Of a stretch of DNA of 64,000 nucleotides, positions 25,653-39,080 are shown one piece after another. This DNA is from Octopus sinensis (lineage: Eukaryota): the NCBI RefSeq assembly GCF_006345805.1, contig NC_043012.1, positions 28,954,001 through 29,018,000 on the forward strand, given 5' to 3'. Both the position numbers and the translations under genes were made by a program. Below the pieces are notes generated by a model. It saw nothing but the letters and a program-made list of their open reading frames with translations. It was not told the origin of the DNA and did not search any database. The stretch's first letter is position 1, and every line of letters begins with the position of its first letter.

Positions 25653-27336
25653 TATTCTTTATATTAAATAATAATGCATAGACAGCAGTACTGATAATTT
25701 CCTGTAGAGAATGTATCGGCAGTTGATTTCTTAAATTAAGTTAGATAAGAGATTTACCTCACACTTAGTAAACGTGCATCTTTACACAGATTGTTTCAGT
25801 TAAGCTTTTAACAAACACACTGAATGAATTTTGTCAGAAGGAAACATACGCTTATGTATATATAAATATTAGAAAAAAACATCTTTTATCAAATGATAAT
25901 TCTGTAGAGAGAGTACGCTATGCACTTGTTACAATGTTATGGGATAGCAATTGCGTAAAAAAATTTGTTGACGGCTTCAAGTAGTAATAAATGCAATAAT
26001 TACATCATGCACGATTAACAAATATAATACACGCACTTGATATTCTAGCAGATGGACAGAGGGCATAAATTTTGGAGGCGGCATTCGTGTTATAGTCGAT
26101 TTAACTGGCTAAAGTATCTAACTAGCGCTTATTATAACAACTCTGGGGAGATGAAAAGTCGACATTAGTAAAAAGCGACGTAAAGTTATTAATAAACTAT
26201 GGAACGTAAAATTGTTTCTAAAACTATGGCATACCGGTAGTTAATGAGACATCCTTTCCACCAAATGTGTTCGTTCTTCAAACTTTTATTAAAAAAAAAT
26301 CGATGAAAGCCAGTTTCCGTTCAACTCTTTACAACTCGTTTACAGTGATTATAACCGTGTTACAGTGATTTTAATCTTTAACTTATCACCCAACTTATTT
26401 TAAATCTTTCAGGATTTATTTTCGAGATCCTTTTTGTTTAACTACACCTACCAACGCTATGAGATTTTATTGACTTGTGCAATGTCATAACGGATCAGCA
26501 ATGATTTCATATGATCTCATGACCTATGTATGGAAAAAGCTGATACCATTTCCACTCAGTCATTACACATCTAATATTTCATTTTGTTCCCATCAAATAA
26601 GATTTATTTCTTTCCAAAGAACAACGACAATGTAAAAACTACACTGAATCTGTTTAAAGTATTATCTAGAAATATTCCCTATGGATGCCAGTGGAATTGC
26701 TTGAAGTGTTGGCGGCAGCCAGATATATGTTGATGATATTGTTCTCAACGGTAGGTGTCCGAATAATGGCGTCAAGCATGGCTACTGAAGTGAACCAAAC
26801 CCACCATTACTACAGTCACCTGCTGACAAAGCAGACTGTTTTTGGAGAACTCGGTTTAATGTTCGTTTCTTGTAATTTGCGCCATGCAAAACATAAATCC
26901 ATACATACTCTTTATAATTCACACAGGCAATTTCCTGTTCATTGACATATTTCCATATATTATTTGTTATACATGTATTTATTTGTAAGACTCTTTACCT
27001 ATTGATCTTTAGGGTCAGCAAAGAAGACTTCGTAATTGTGAAGTATATCAATACAAAGTCAGACTGACAGAGCAGCGTATTTGTTTGTTTCGCTTCTAAG
27101 TTGTAATATAGTACAAGTTGAATTTAATTCTACACCATGCATCACTTGTCAGCCATATTACATTTCGCATGATTCCTAGTTAGATGGAGGTTCACCCTTC
27201 GATGAAACACCGGTATCATGCCAATAGATACAGATGAGCACCGGTGTCATTTGACTGACGATCCAGGTGATACACCGTAAAGCTTCAGCAACTATGTAGT
27301 GTGTGTTTGTATGTAAATTTGTGTGTGTATATATAT

Positions 27337-27770
27337 ATATTAGAAAAAAACACTTTTTATTAATTCAAAATGAATAATTAAATTACACCATCTAGAAAAT
27401 TACATATAATAGAAAAGTTAAAATTAAAATAACAATAAAAAATAAAGATTAAGTTAATTACAAAAATAACAAAAATGTATATAATAGGTAGAAAAACGAC
27501 CCGTGTTTCGCTGCTATATTTAAGAAATGATTATAGTAGTAGATAAATCACTTCCATATAAATATAGTCGCTCATCAGGTTAAAAATAAAGTAGAACAAT
27601 AAAACGTGTAGTTTTTCTAACTATTATATACATTTTATTATTTTTGTCATTTACTTAATCTTTACTTTTTATTGTTATTTTAATTTTAACTTTTCTATTA
27701 TATGTAATTTTCTAGATGGTGTAATTTAATTATTCATTTTGAATTGATAAAAGGTGGTTTTTTCTAATAT
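27337..27770. mobile_element. Fold-back element: about 160-bp inverted arms around a 113-bp spacer containing a hammerhead
   Basis: 27337-27497 is the near-perfect reverse complement of 27611-27770; begins in (TA)n. Confidence 0.9.
27495..27581 (-). ncRNA. Type I hammerhead ribozyme, canonical core
   Basis: AAC-CTGATGA-GCGACTATATTTA..TAAATATAGCAGC-GAAA-CACGGG-TC-GTT; GUC site. Confidence 0.8.
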
Positions 27771-27869
27771 TTTTTATATATTTATTATATTGGGTGGAAT
27801 TTGATTTAGTATTTCTAAATTGAATTCTTTTTCCTTGTAAGTTTGGATTTTATTCCCTCAAATAAAAAT

Positions 27870-27982
<113 letters not shown>

Positions 27983-27984
27983 AT

Positions 27985-28176
27985 ATATAACCATATGTGA
28001 ATCGTTGGCGATTTTTCCCCTCCATCTTTTCTATTGGACTTTACTCTGTTTCTGAAGAAAAGCTTAGCTCGAAACGTTGAACCATCTTTTTTTTCCTTCC
28101 CTGAACGTCTGCTAATACTTTACATGTACCACGTCCTCATGTTGTTTTTTGTGTTTGTTCTTCGTTTTCTGGGATT

Positions 28177-28182
<6 letters not shown>
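27985..28182 (+). mobile_element. Solo PLE-type terminal repeat between (TG/TA)n and (TA)n
   Basis: About 200 bp, same layout as 24476, contains an HHR. Confidence 0.7.
28048..28082 (+). ncRNA. Minimal type I hammerhead, canonical core
   Basis: GTTT-CTGAAGA-A-AAGC-TTA-GCTC-GAAA-CG-TT-GAAC. Confidence 0.7.
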
Positions 28183-28220
<38 letters not shown>

Positions 28221-28448
28221 GCATGCATATAAATATGTATACTTCAGCCTAAGTAACAGCTTCCACCAAGGAGGAGCTACTACATAGCACAATATGACAG
28301 ACGATGAGGGGTGTGCGAGTACCCCAATCCTTACCTGCATAGATATAGTTGGCACCGCACCTAAATAGTAGAATTTCCATCACTTCCATTCAAATTTACT
28401 GTAAGGAAGCCACAGAAACTTGCACAGGAGAAGCAACTATAATCAACC

Positions 28449-28670
28449 GGCGAGCTGGCAGAAACGTTAGCACGCCGGGCGAAATGCTTAGCGGTATTTC
28501 GTCTGCCGTTACGTTGTGAGTTCAAATTCCGGGGAGGTCGACTTTGCCTTTCATCCTTTCGGGGTCGATAAATTAAGTACCAGTTACGCACTGGGGTCGA
28601 TGTAATCGACTTAATGTCTGTCCTTGTTTGTCCCCTCTGTGTTTAGCTCCTTGTGGGTAATAAAGAAATA
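28449..28670 (+). mobile_element. tRNA SINE family C, full length
   Basis: A-box-like AGCTGGCAGAAACG, B-box GAGTTCAAATTCC, central GGTCGACTTTGCCTTTCATCCTTTCGGGGTCGATAAATTAAGTACC, tail AATAAAGAAATA. Confidence 0.9.
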
Positions 28671-28999
28671 GGTAGCATTTGACCTCCCTCACTACTATTT
28701 GCTTTTTACCTGTAAGTGTTATGACATTCTAATTCCATATCAGTAAGGGTTGCTCTCTCCTGAACACGCTTCAAGATCCCTAGACACGAACCGTTTACTC
28801 TCCCTACCCATGCCTCACATAAGAAGTTGCGGGATTATTGCTGGTTGTACCGACATTGGGAAGAGAATGCAATATATTTTTCGTACGGACCCCTCTATCT
28901 AGGGTCCGAATACATCTCACATTAACCCAAACGACAAACGACACATTATGGTTATTTTTTTTGATAATACTTTCATATTACAGTTTTGGTAGTCTTTTT

Positions 29000-29225
29000 C
29001 GCACCAGACACCAGGTTGGTATTTTTATTGGAATTGCGACGGTGTTCTTTGGTTGGCTCGTATATGCCAGGTGACTTGGACCTCTAGAAAGACAACAAAG
29101 CAATGGCAATCTGGAATGGTAATCGTAGCACAACCGAACAAATATTTACTCTATAGCAAATCTTCGGGGAAATCATGGGAATATTGCCATGAGGTGTACA
29201 CTTGCCTTCTAGACATATTTTCAAT
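29000..29225 (+). pseudogene. RTE-like RT fragment
   Basis: GNRSTTEQIFTL*QIF..KSWEYCHEVYTCLLD, matching GRSTTDQIFTLQQIFEKSWEY..VYTCFVD. Confidence 0.8.
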
Positions 29226-30331
29226 GTATTTCAATTAGATTCGGTCTTATATACATAAGAAAGGCATAACATTATGTGATTTCCGTAGAAAATAAATAAA
29301 TCGCCTTAAGGAAAGAGATGTATTTTTCTATCCCTGTATTTTGTTGAAATAAGCAGACACAGAGTTTAATTATAAGTTTATTTGTAACAACAAATTGTGT
29401 TAGGCTTTTCTATTTAACAAAATGTCAACGTAAGAGTTTGCTCATACAAAAGGAAAATAGCAAATTTATACCCAGTACTTACTTTACTAGATTTGAAATA
29501 AATAGCAGTTATTCGATGAGCTTACAATTTTTCTCTGTAATATTTCGAGGTTGGCTACCATCTTTTCTCTTCACCCACCTATGATCACAACATGCAATAC
29601 AATGCTATGCATTATTTAATCTTGTCAAATATATTTCGAAATAAATTAGGAACAACAACAAAAAAAACTTAGCGATTACCCTACACCAATTCTCATTAAA
29701 TATGGCTGACAGGCTATGCAACTTAATATGTACAGTATTTGTCATAGACAACTGTTTGCTGACAGTTCTTCAAGGAAAACCTGTTTAAATATATTTGTGC
29801 GACAAGACATGTTTAATCCTGTAATATACAACTGAAAGTCATAAAATCACATTACAACATGAGAGGCCTGATGAATTTCCTGTTTATTTCATTCTATTGT
29901 CAGTTAGACAGCTTCTTTTTGGAATAACCCATTTACAACGCACTATTTGCACAGCTAGATTTTATATAGAAATACTATGCGCACTTACTTATCTATGTGA
30001 TAACTGTTGCTATTCTTGTCATTTAGCCTCCAACGAGGAAACCTATAAACAAATACGTCTAAGTTTTGAGCATCCTGTCTAAATTTTGCATATAAAGTGT
30101 ATCTTGGAGTACAGTATTTAATGAGTAATGTGTGACAGGAAGTTATGACTAATTGAGAAGTTTGTTAATTCTAGCAAGTTCAGCTTACAATGAAGTGACT
30201 TTTTTGTTGTGATTGCATATTATGTACAAGGGTGTGTATGTGTATAGTGAGTTGTGTGTGAGTGCTGTGTGTATGTGTATGAATGCATATGTGCATGTGT
30301 ATGTGTGTGTGTGTGCATGTGTGTGTGTGTT

Positions 30332-30362
<31 letters not shown>

Positions 30363-32092
30363 GGTGCGCTTGTGTTTGTGTGTGTGTTATGTTAATACTA
30401 GCCAGATCTGGCCTCTTACACCTACTCTGCAATGTCTTCTGAAAACAAAATCTCATCATTGGATATCTCAAAGCTGCAAGATAATGTATGATTAATTCAT
30501 AAGCATGGGAATAAATTAACACTGCATTTAATAGAGTAATCTGAATGCTAAAGGATTAAACCAATGTAAACTTGATGCAGAGAAGGACACATACATATGC
30601 ATGCTTATTATATAAGTATATATATATATATAAACACATCCATCCACTCACTCTCACACACACATATAAACACACATCTCTCTCTCTCTCACACACACAC
30701 GCGCGCGCGTGTGACACTGTTCTGTTCAGATTCCCTCTGCTAAATTCTGGTCACAAAGTAATGGTCAACTCGTATGAAAACACAATAAACTTTTCATATG
30801 GCAATAAACTTTTAATATATATTATTTTCATTTAACAGATGGCATTTGTTAGTTATTGGAATACCAATTACATAATATATTTAATCTGGGTTGAATCTTG
30901 ACTCATTCCCACCCGCCCACTCAAGCATGACGGACCATCTCTCAGTTTGCAGTGCAATATAAATCAAAACAAAACAAATATAAAATGGAAGGAAATCTAT
31001 TAACTTAAGTATACTTTTACAATCTCATTAGTAATTTCATTTTTTTTTCTCTCTGAGATTACTTTATTTCGTTCTAGGAGTTGAGAGATTTCAGAAGTAT
31101 TTTCTTTCAATGTCCTACACATTTTCCCGACTGCTATATAATTCAAAGTACTTTAACTACATTAAGGGCAAGTCATTCATGAAGTTTTCTCATATTTTAT
31201 TATTAAATTCACATTATTTACTATGCGTTGGATTTTGGAGTTTGGCATTTAACTTTAGTGTAATTAATAATCATATTTTTGAAACGTAAGCTAATTTTAC
31301 ATTCGTGATGCGAAAACTGCATTTCTTCCGCCCAAGAAACCGAATTAAATATAACTTGTCTGTTTCTTAAAAATCATAGTTTAAAAAAATATTTATGATA
31401 AATGTAAATGTTTCCTTAACGACAAGTTTCATTAAGCTATGGATTTCTTCACTTGCAATACCAGCATTTTATTAAGAAGAAAATGATTCAGAAGTTGTAA
31501 GCTTTGCCATCAAATGGTAGAATCACTCATGGAGATAACCGACAAAACCGTCATAAAATATGTTCTTGTCTCGAATTTCAGCCACCTGATTATTAACAAA
31601 TGTTCGTATAAATACGGATAATGGATAGGAGAGTAAACATGTTTATCTATCTAGAATATGCAGAAACCAGCACATCTTATGCTAATTCTTCAAGTATCAA
31701 TGGTAGATTATTACCACTGACATACCTGGTTGAATTATAGTTGGAATACCTCTGCACTTTTCCAGATGCATATACTCATATATACATTTATACATATTCA
31801 TATATTGATTACCAATGGCTGCATATAAGCATATAATTTTGAAATGTAATTCAGCTGGCTTAGATGACATATTTTTGTGCTAAAAATGTCTATGTTTTCC
31901 CCAAATGTCAATTAATTACAGTTATTTATCTTTCTATACTTGTTGTTCTTCTATTTTCAACAACTCAAAACATTGCTTTTACTTATCGATTGCACTAATA
32001 TCATCAATTAATTAATTTTATAAGTATGCCTCAAACGTATTTATATTCTGCTATTTATTAATGCCGATGGCTCCACTGTACCACATTTCTTG

Positions 32093-32150
32093 ATATTCTT
32101 AATCACCGACACATCATTATCCCTCTCTCATTCTTTCTTTCTGTGTCTAT
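32093..32150 (+). mobile_element. PLE terminal-repeat 3' end abutting (TA)n
   Basis: Inverted homolog of 32691-32750. Confidence 0.7.
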
Positions 32151-32552
32151 ATATATATATATAAATTATGAGTAAGAGGTTATGCAACCGTCAAAGGGAT
32201 AACTGTACCCGCAGGCACTACTGGTGTATTGCCTAACTATGTATAGGCCTTGTTGTAAGGTTAACAGTAGCTGGTAATTTAAGGAGTAAACTGTGGTTTA
32301 ATATATTCAGATAAGAGAAGGAATGGAGCAACATGTAACAATTAGAGGTGGATCATTGGTATTGAATGATCATTGTTTAATTATGGTTAACCATAGTGGT
32401 ATATATATATATATAATTATATATATATACATATATATAAACATATATATATATATATGTATATATACATACATATATATAATATATATACATATATATA
32501 TATATATATACATACACACACATATATATATATATCTATGTGTGTGTGTGTG

Positions 32553-32880
<328 letters not shown>

Positions 32881-32906
32881 GCTCACATACACACACGCAT
32901 ATATAT

Positions 32907-32968
<62 letters not shown>

Positions 32969-32974
32969 GGTAAA

Positions 32975-33135
32975 TACCCCCTTCGGTCGTGAATGACCAT
33001 GGGATTGCACCTAAAAAGTTCCTCTCTGAGGCACAAGTCCAGGTAAGGTTGTTCAGGGAAGACAAACGGTCGCCCATGCATACCAGCCTCCCCTCTTCAC
33101 GCCACTGATGTTATCCAAGGGAAAGGCAAAGGGAA
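32975..33135. mobile_element. Family D fragment
   Basis: Homologous to 18555-18735. Confidence 0.75.
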
Positions 33136-33372
33136 CATAAACACACCAACGTCGGTTGTTAAGCGATGGTGGGGACAAACACAGACACACAAACACACAC
33201 ACATATCTATATATATACGACGGGCTTCTTTCAATTTCCGTCTACCAAATCCATTCACAAGACTTTGGTCGGCCCAAGACTATAGTAGAAGACACTTACC
33301 CATGGTGCTACGCAGTGGGACTGAATCCGGAACCATGTGGTCGGGAAGCAAGTTTCTTACCACACAGCCACT
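33136..33372 (-). mobile_element. SINE family A, head and middle
   Basis: GTGGCTGTGTGGTAAG..GGATTCAGTCCC..GGTAAGTGTCTTCTACTATAG..AAGAAGCCCGTCG. Confidence 0.85.
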
Positions 33373-33376
33373 AATT

Positions 33377-33676
33377 GTGACTGAGAGTGCTGTGTAGCAC
33401 CTATATTGCTAGAAATAAGAGTTAGAACCCTGTACGGAAGTACATTTTCATATACTGACAGGGGATATAAGAACCTCATAAGCGAAGCTAGGATCACTGG
33501 ACGAGACTAGTTTCTATAAATTGCACACTTGTCAGTAGTGGTCACTCCATCGCCCAATGGCTGAGCTAAATCCACACTGTCAGTATACATATTTACCATA
33601 TAAATTTATGACTTGTAGTTCTAAGGGTTAACTCTTATTTCTAGCAATATAGGTATCACCTAGCACACTTAGTCAC
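33377..33676. mobile_element. 300-bp TIR element with internal hammerhead relic
   Basis: Outer inverted repeats about 54 bp (core CCTATATTGCTAGAAATAAGAGTT), inner IR TATACTGACAG/CTGTCAGTATA; a third TIR-like copy lies near 33813-33840. Confidence 0.75.
33501..33539 (-). ncRNA. Decayed minimal hammerhead
   Basis: ACTA-CTGACAA-G-TGTG-CAATT-TATA-GAAA-CTAG-TC-TCGT; palindromic stem III ACTAGT, GUC site, G8A. Confidence 0.55.
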
Positions 33677-33899
33677 GACTACTGACGATTGAGCTTTTCC
33701 TTTTCGGTTGTATATAGTATATTTATTATGATATATTAAATACATTATAATATAGGTGGCTAGAGTAATTAAAATCAAAAAGGCAAAATTCATAATTAAG
33801 GATGCAAAATAGCACCTGCTATTGCTAGAAATGAGAGCTAAAAAATATAGCTCGAATAACACACACAAAATCACCAACCTCATGAGATATTCAGGGACT

Positions 33900-34000
33900 G
33901 CAAGTAGCAAACCACAACAACTTTCTTCGGCGAGATAAACTAAACTGCTTCATTCTGTGCGTTTATCTCGCTGAAGAACTTGTTGTGGATTGCTGCTCGC
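33900..34000. repeat. Isolated 101-nt imperfect hairpin
   Basis: About 40-nt arms (33900-33940 and 33961-34000), 20-nt loop. Confidence 0.85.
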
Positions 34001-34230
34001 ATTAAGTATGTCGTAAAGAAGTTTTCTCTAAATGTGTCCACTTCAAGCGCTAATTACTGGGAAATTTGCTCTTCCCGTTTGCTGTTTAGGCCCTTTATGG
34101 TCTATAAGGGTTGTTTTATCCCTTGATCCAGCGGAGACAACCCGTCCTCATTAACATTTTTATACGTTAGGCCTTAAATTTCGATATCTGAGCGTTTCCT
34201 CATGTCCGCGTGGTAGAAAGTTTGAATTTG

Positions 34231-34297
34231 TATAAAGTCTGACGAGCTCTCCGCAAGGCTTTGACTTTCGCGGATACGAAACCTTTGGTAACTATGA
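34231..34297 (+). ncRNA. Type I hammerhead ribozyme, intact core
   Basis: AAGT-CTGACGA-GCTCTCCGC-AAGGCTTTGACTTTC-GCGGATAC-GAAA-CC-TTT-GG-TA-ACT; GUA site after 34290. Confidence 0.75.
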
Positions 34298-37200
34298 CCA
34301 GAATTTAAATATATGTATACACACTCTATGGTATTTGAAATTAATGACGCCTGTCACACGCAATGCATTTAGTAAATTTCACTGTTTTAATTGGAGATAG
34401 AGGAGACGCTGAGCGAGTGAAATTAGCAAGATTTATTTCTCAGGAGAAATATTAAATCCATAGACCCAATCTTTGGTAAAATGACAGTGCCAATAAATGT
34501 GAGGTTTAGGTTTTAGTCTTCTATCCATACGCTCGGAAAAATAAGCCTTACTCTGCTTTGATGATCAAATATTGAAAACGTGAGTACAGGGATTAAAAAC
34601 GAATCGTACTCATCGGATTATTCTTAATTCCATTTTGATTAATGTTTCCAAAGCAGTTAAAACTGGTCCCGCTAATGTTAGAAATAATGGCTATAGATAA
34701 TCATTTTATCACTGCTGCTTCTGCTGTTTTTGTTCAGCCACCTCTGCCCGTTTCCCAGCCCTAATCAAGAATATCGATGACAAAAAGGAATTCAGATTTT
34801 ATCATCCCGTCTTTTTGTATAGGAAGATACTCTGCCTAATGTGTTTTTCTGTTATTACCTCATATTCGAACGACTACATACATGCTCTCACGTTAAGTTT
34901 GTTATTGAAATTTTATTGTTGTTTAACTCCAAATCAACTCTAATTGAACAGACTTAATGACATGCCGTCTATGGCCATTTCATCTTTTTATAGCTATCTA
35001 GGAGTCTAATGCATCCATATCTTCTTTTTATAAAATATTAGAGTTTGGTTTGGGGGAAATTTGTGTCTATCTCTAGCTGGTCGAGCGACTGAGTAGAGTT
35101 TCCTTCGTTTTCTAGTCATTGTTATTGTTTTTTTTTTTGTTTTTTTGCTACTGTTGTATAACACTTATACCAAACAGATAGGTAACAGAATGCCGCATTC
35201 ATCTATCTCATCTAGGTCGTCCCATAGGACGCCCGCATTCGATCAACGTTAAAGTAAATACCTTCTTACATTTCTGAAAGATGTCGGAATTGTTGAAAGA
35301 GAATTCTCTGGTGCAATGAGTAAATCGGGTTGTTTACTAAAATGTAAGGATACTAAAGATAGCATGAAAATGGACACTATTTGAAAAAGGAAAACTTCTC
35401 GGTCAAAATACACTTGACGCAAAAGTGTTGAAGGCGAGCCGAGGGAAATAGTTAAAGTACAATGTCACCTTTATTGTTCCCGTCCAAGAACCAAAACCAA
35501 GCGACACGGGTTTGGAAAAACAGGTTTACTTTTATGCCTTGTCTATTCTGAAACAGTACCGCTACGCCACTTATACCTCGCACTTGTCTAGAAAGAGAGC
35601 AAGTGACCGCTTTTGAAAAACCCTTGACTGGCTTAATGGCTGTTTCATCAAGATCTACAAATCTGAGATCGATGGGTAGTTGTTATTGCTTCAAGGCCAC
35701 GTGCATTTATGCAACCTATTTTCAGTATTGTCACTCTAGGAGGAGAAGAAACAAAAAGAGGAATAAGTCCTTTTTCGGTGAATTTGTATGGGCACTCCAA
35801 AAGCCTTTCACTTAATCATTTGTAAAGCCTCCTACATAATGTGGGAAACACTTCCAGAAAACATGGTACATTGCTGCAGTAGTTCTTAACAATAGCCGTC
35901 TTTCTGGAGATTTGGAGAGGGTGGCTGCATCAAGACCTTCATCTTTCGTTAAAAATTTGTCTTCGTGGAATTCCATGAACTCTTCGTTCTCCCTTTGGAG
36001 ACTGTTGAATGTTTCGTCTGTTTCTTTGCTGAAACCCTTTAAGGTTAAACTGTTTTATCTCGGATTCTTTTTATTCTGTTTGCTGCTATTCTTGGTGTGT
36101 CTCTGGTTGGTGCTGTTATCGTTGTTTCTGTTCTTGACATTGCTGCTGTTGATTTATTTCTTATGGTTATTGTTGAAGTTGTGTTTGTCGTTGTGGCTGT
36201 TGTTATTGTTGTTGTGACTGTTGGTCTGTCGCCTGTTTCATTTATTGGACGCAATGTGTTAAATTTGGTGTCCTCAAACTTTTGAGATTTGGGGCTCGGA
36301 TCAGTATATTTACTTGCTCGTCTTCTCTACTTTTTGGATGCTTTTGTGCCATTCAGAGATACTTCCAAATGTGGACCTCAGCTGAGCTTGCGCTTATTTT
36401 CTCGTCTGTCGTTTGTTTATGTTGGGGTGATTGTAACATTTGTGGTGGTGATGTTGGAGGTGGGGGAAAACGTGTTCCTGCGCCCCGCCGCGAGTGGAAA
36501 AAATCTTTGTTGCATTATTTGTGGGAACGCCTTCTGGAGCAACTAAAATCTGAAACTCCATGGACGTTCCCATTCTATTCTAGTGGGGATTAGACTTCAT
36601 GTGTATATCCTATAGTCTGGCCATTACTCTCACGTGGTCCCTATTAAGATGTATGGCAGTGAGGCTGACTTAGGTCACAAAATACTCCATATGTAATGGG
36701 ATCATGACAAACTGCTGAAAGGAGAGCCATGTATCCGTTAAACGAGCTTCCAAGTTCGTTATTGTAAATATCTATCACCGTCACCCCGACTTTTCCTCTA
36801 TTCCTCTCCCGGTCTCTATATCTTTCTCCCTCGTACATTTTAAATTTCATTATACAGAGAGATTATTGATACGAGGGACAGGTTAAGTTGTGAGTTTCTT
36901 TGGAAAGCTGCTGTAGAAAGTGAATGTAAGTGCTGGTAGTATTTCGATTATTTATATAAATATTCCCAATATTTATATACTTATAATATAATATATGAAA
37001 GGTTTTTAGTCCTTCAATTGCCTTCAAATTCAATAAAATAATTTTAATTGATATGCTGGCATATCTAGTATACCCAGCCACTAAGAATGTATTACCTTGT
37101 GTCAAACTTAAAAATTATACACATATAGTTGCAACTGTAGTGTAGAAATAAAAGCGGATCAAAGAAAGTCTGAAATTATGTTAAAAATAATGTAGATATG

Positions 37201-38041
37201 AGAGAAAAAAAACTGTTGCTCACAACGCAGAAATGAAACAGTCCAAATCCGTTGGGTGATTTTCATGATGAATTTAACTGAATAACAAATGGTGGTGTTA
37301 CCGAAAGCTAATCGCTGAGGTGTTAAATGATAGAAACAGTTTAATGTAGCAAAGAATTCAAACTTCCAATAACTCACACTGGCTTGGCTATGGTACTGCG
37401 TTGAGGATCAGGGGTATGAATTACATATTTACAGCAATTCTCAGACAGATGAAATTTATACCGTGTGTGTGTGCGCGCGCGTGTGTATGTCTGTGCAAGT
37501 ATGTACGCATATACACACACATAATGTATATGGAAATATACATTATGTACATTTATATATGTTTATATACATATATCCAAAAATCATACCCATATCTTTC
37601 TTGAATATATATATATGTGTCTGCATGCGTGGCAGCATATTTGCAATCCCACACACAATAACTAAAGCCTATGCACCTTACCTACATCTGTGAATTTGGT
37701 TTATTTTAATTAACTCTCCGCGTGTGGTATGCTTATATTTTATTACAGAAATATTAGAATCTTATTCCCCCTTCATCTTCTGCTGTAAATGAAATTACAT
37801 AATGGTATAAATGAAACTGATATTTCTGTATATAGCTCGTCAATAGAATCTGTCGGAAAATTAAATAATTTTCTACTGTACCAATATGTAGTGTTGTTAC
37901 TTGTTTTTTGCTTTAGTAACCATTCTCCGACTGGTAACTTTCTCCCTATTTAGATAAATGAATTTGTGCTTAGATACATCATTGTTTGTGTCTAAGTTTT
38001 TCTTCGGAATTTATTGAAAGATTTTCATTTTTCCTCTTCAG

Positions 38042-38128
38042 AACTCAAGCTGGTCACTAACAAAGTGACAAGAAGCATTTATTTAAGGCAAGACAGCTGC
38101 TGCGGTTTGTAGTTATCTGCATCGGTTG
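38042..38128 (+). other. Candidate non-coding exon
   Basis: Acceptor TTTTCATTTTTCCTCTTCAG and donor TTG|GTGAGT; stops in all frames; no transcript evidence. Confidence 0.25.
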
Positions 38129-38885
38129 GTGAGTGAATTTTGTGTGTGTGTGTGAGTCGAAACGTGCCTATGGTAAGCTTTTTACGATGCCTTTCAATCT
38201 GTTTGAAGTAGGAGTTAAATCTCCCTCGAAACACTACACCGCTTCAAAATGAAAGGGAAAATTGGATGATGTAACTAGTTACCTAATTACCCTTAAAAAT
38301 GGTTAATATCTAATCGTTAGTTAACGTTGATTAACCAAAGCTATGGTCTGAGGAGTTCAAGCCATAACAATCCTGTTGTTCTCGGGGTATCTAAGGTTAA
38401 TACTAACCAATGTGTCCTTCCTTAAGACTATGGGTGTGTTCTAAAAAGTATTTGGCTGCTATTTCTTACAAGTCAAAGTGGAGAAAGAAAATTTTCAGCT
38501 GCGGTATAACGAAGATACAGAAAACCTAGAAACAAGATGTCGAAAAACACCTGATGCTAAAATGATGCAAATAACAACAACAACTTACACCCACAAATGC
38601 CGTCCTCCTCCCTGCTTCTTCTACTGTGAATATGTCATACTGGAGCACAATCGTCAACGGTTTGATCGAACAACGATCACGGTATTAGTTTATTTTTCTG
38701 GTACTTCGTCTATTTTCATCGTTTTGTCGAACTGCTAAGTGGTGAGGACCTAAAGAAGCCAACAATGGTTGTCAAGTATAGAAGACATAACGTAAAGACG
38801 CGGCTACACCCCTCCCCCACACACGCACATAAATGCATACACACCTATGTATGTAAAAAAAGAATATATATATATATGTAAATAT

Positions 38886-38935
<50 letters not shown>

Positions 38936-39024
38936 ATATATATATACATATATATACATACATATACATACGTATGTATATATATATGTATATATACATA
39001 TGTATGTATATATATGTACATACG

Positions 39025-39080
<56 letters not shown>

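Noticed and set aside
26690-26800. IYVDDIV RT-like motif on plus
   Set aside because: No other RT motifs nearby; short frame closed by stops.
28335-28398. Minus exon-like MEVMEILLFRCGANYIYA and a chain with segments near 30.0, 15.6, 13.7 and 4.3 kb
   Set aside because: Phases can be made to join but the product is unrecognisable; such signals are frequent by chance in AT-rich DNA.
28449-28530. tRNA-like heads
   Set aside because: Continue into multi-copy SINE bodies; not tRNA genes.
35900-36600. Possible LINE ORF1/zinc-knuckle remnant on minus
   Set aside because: Only low-complexity Thr-rich translation; CCHC residues not recoverable.
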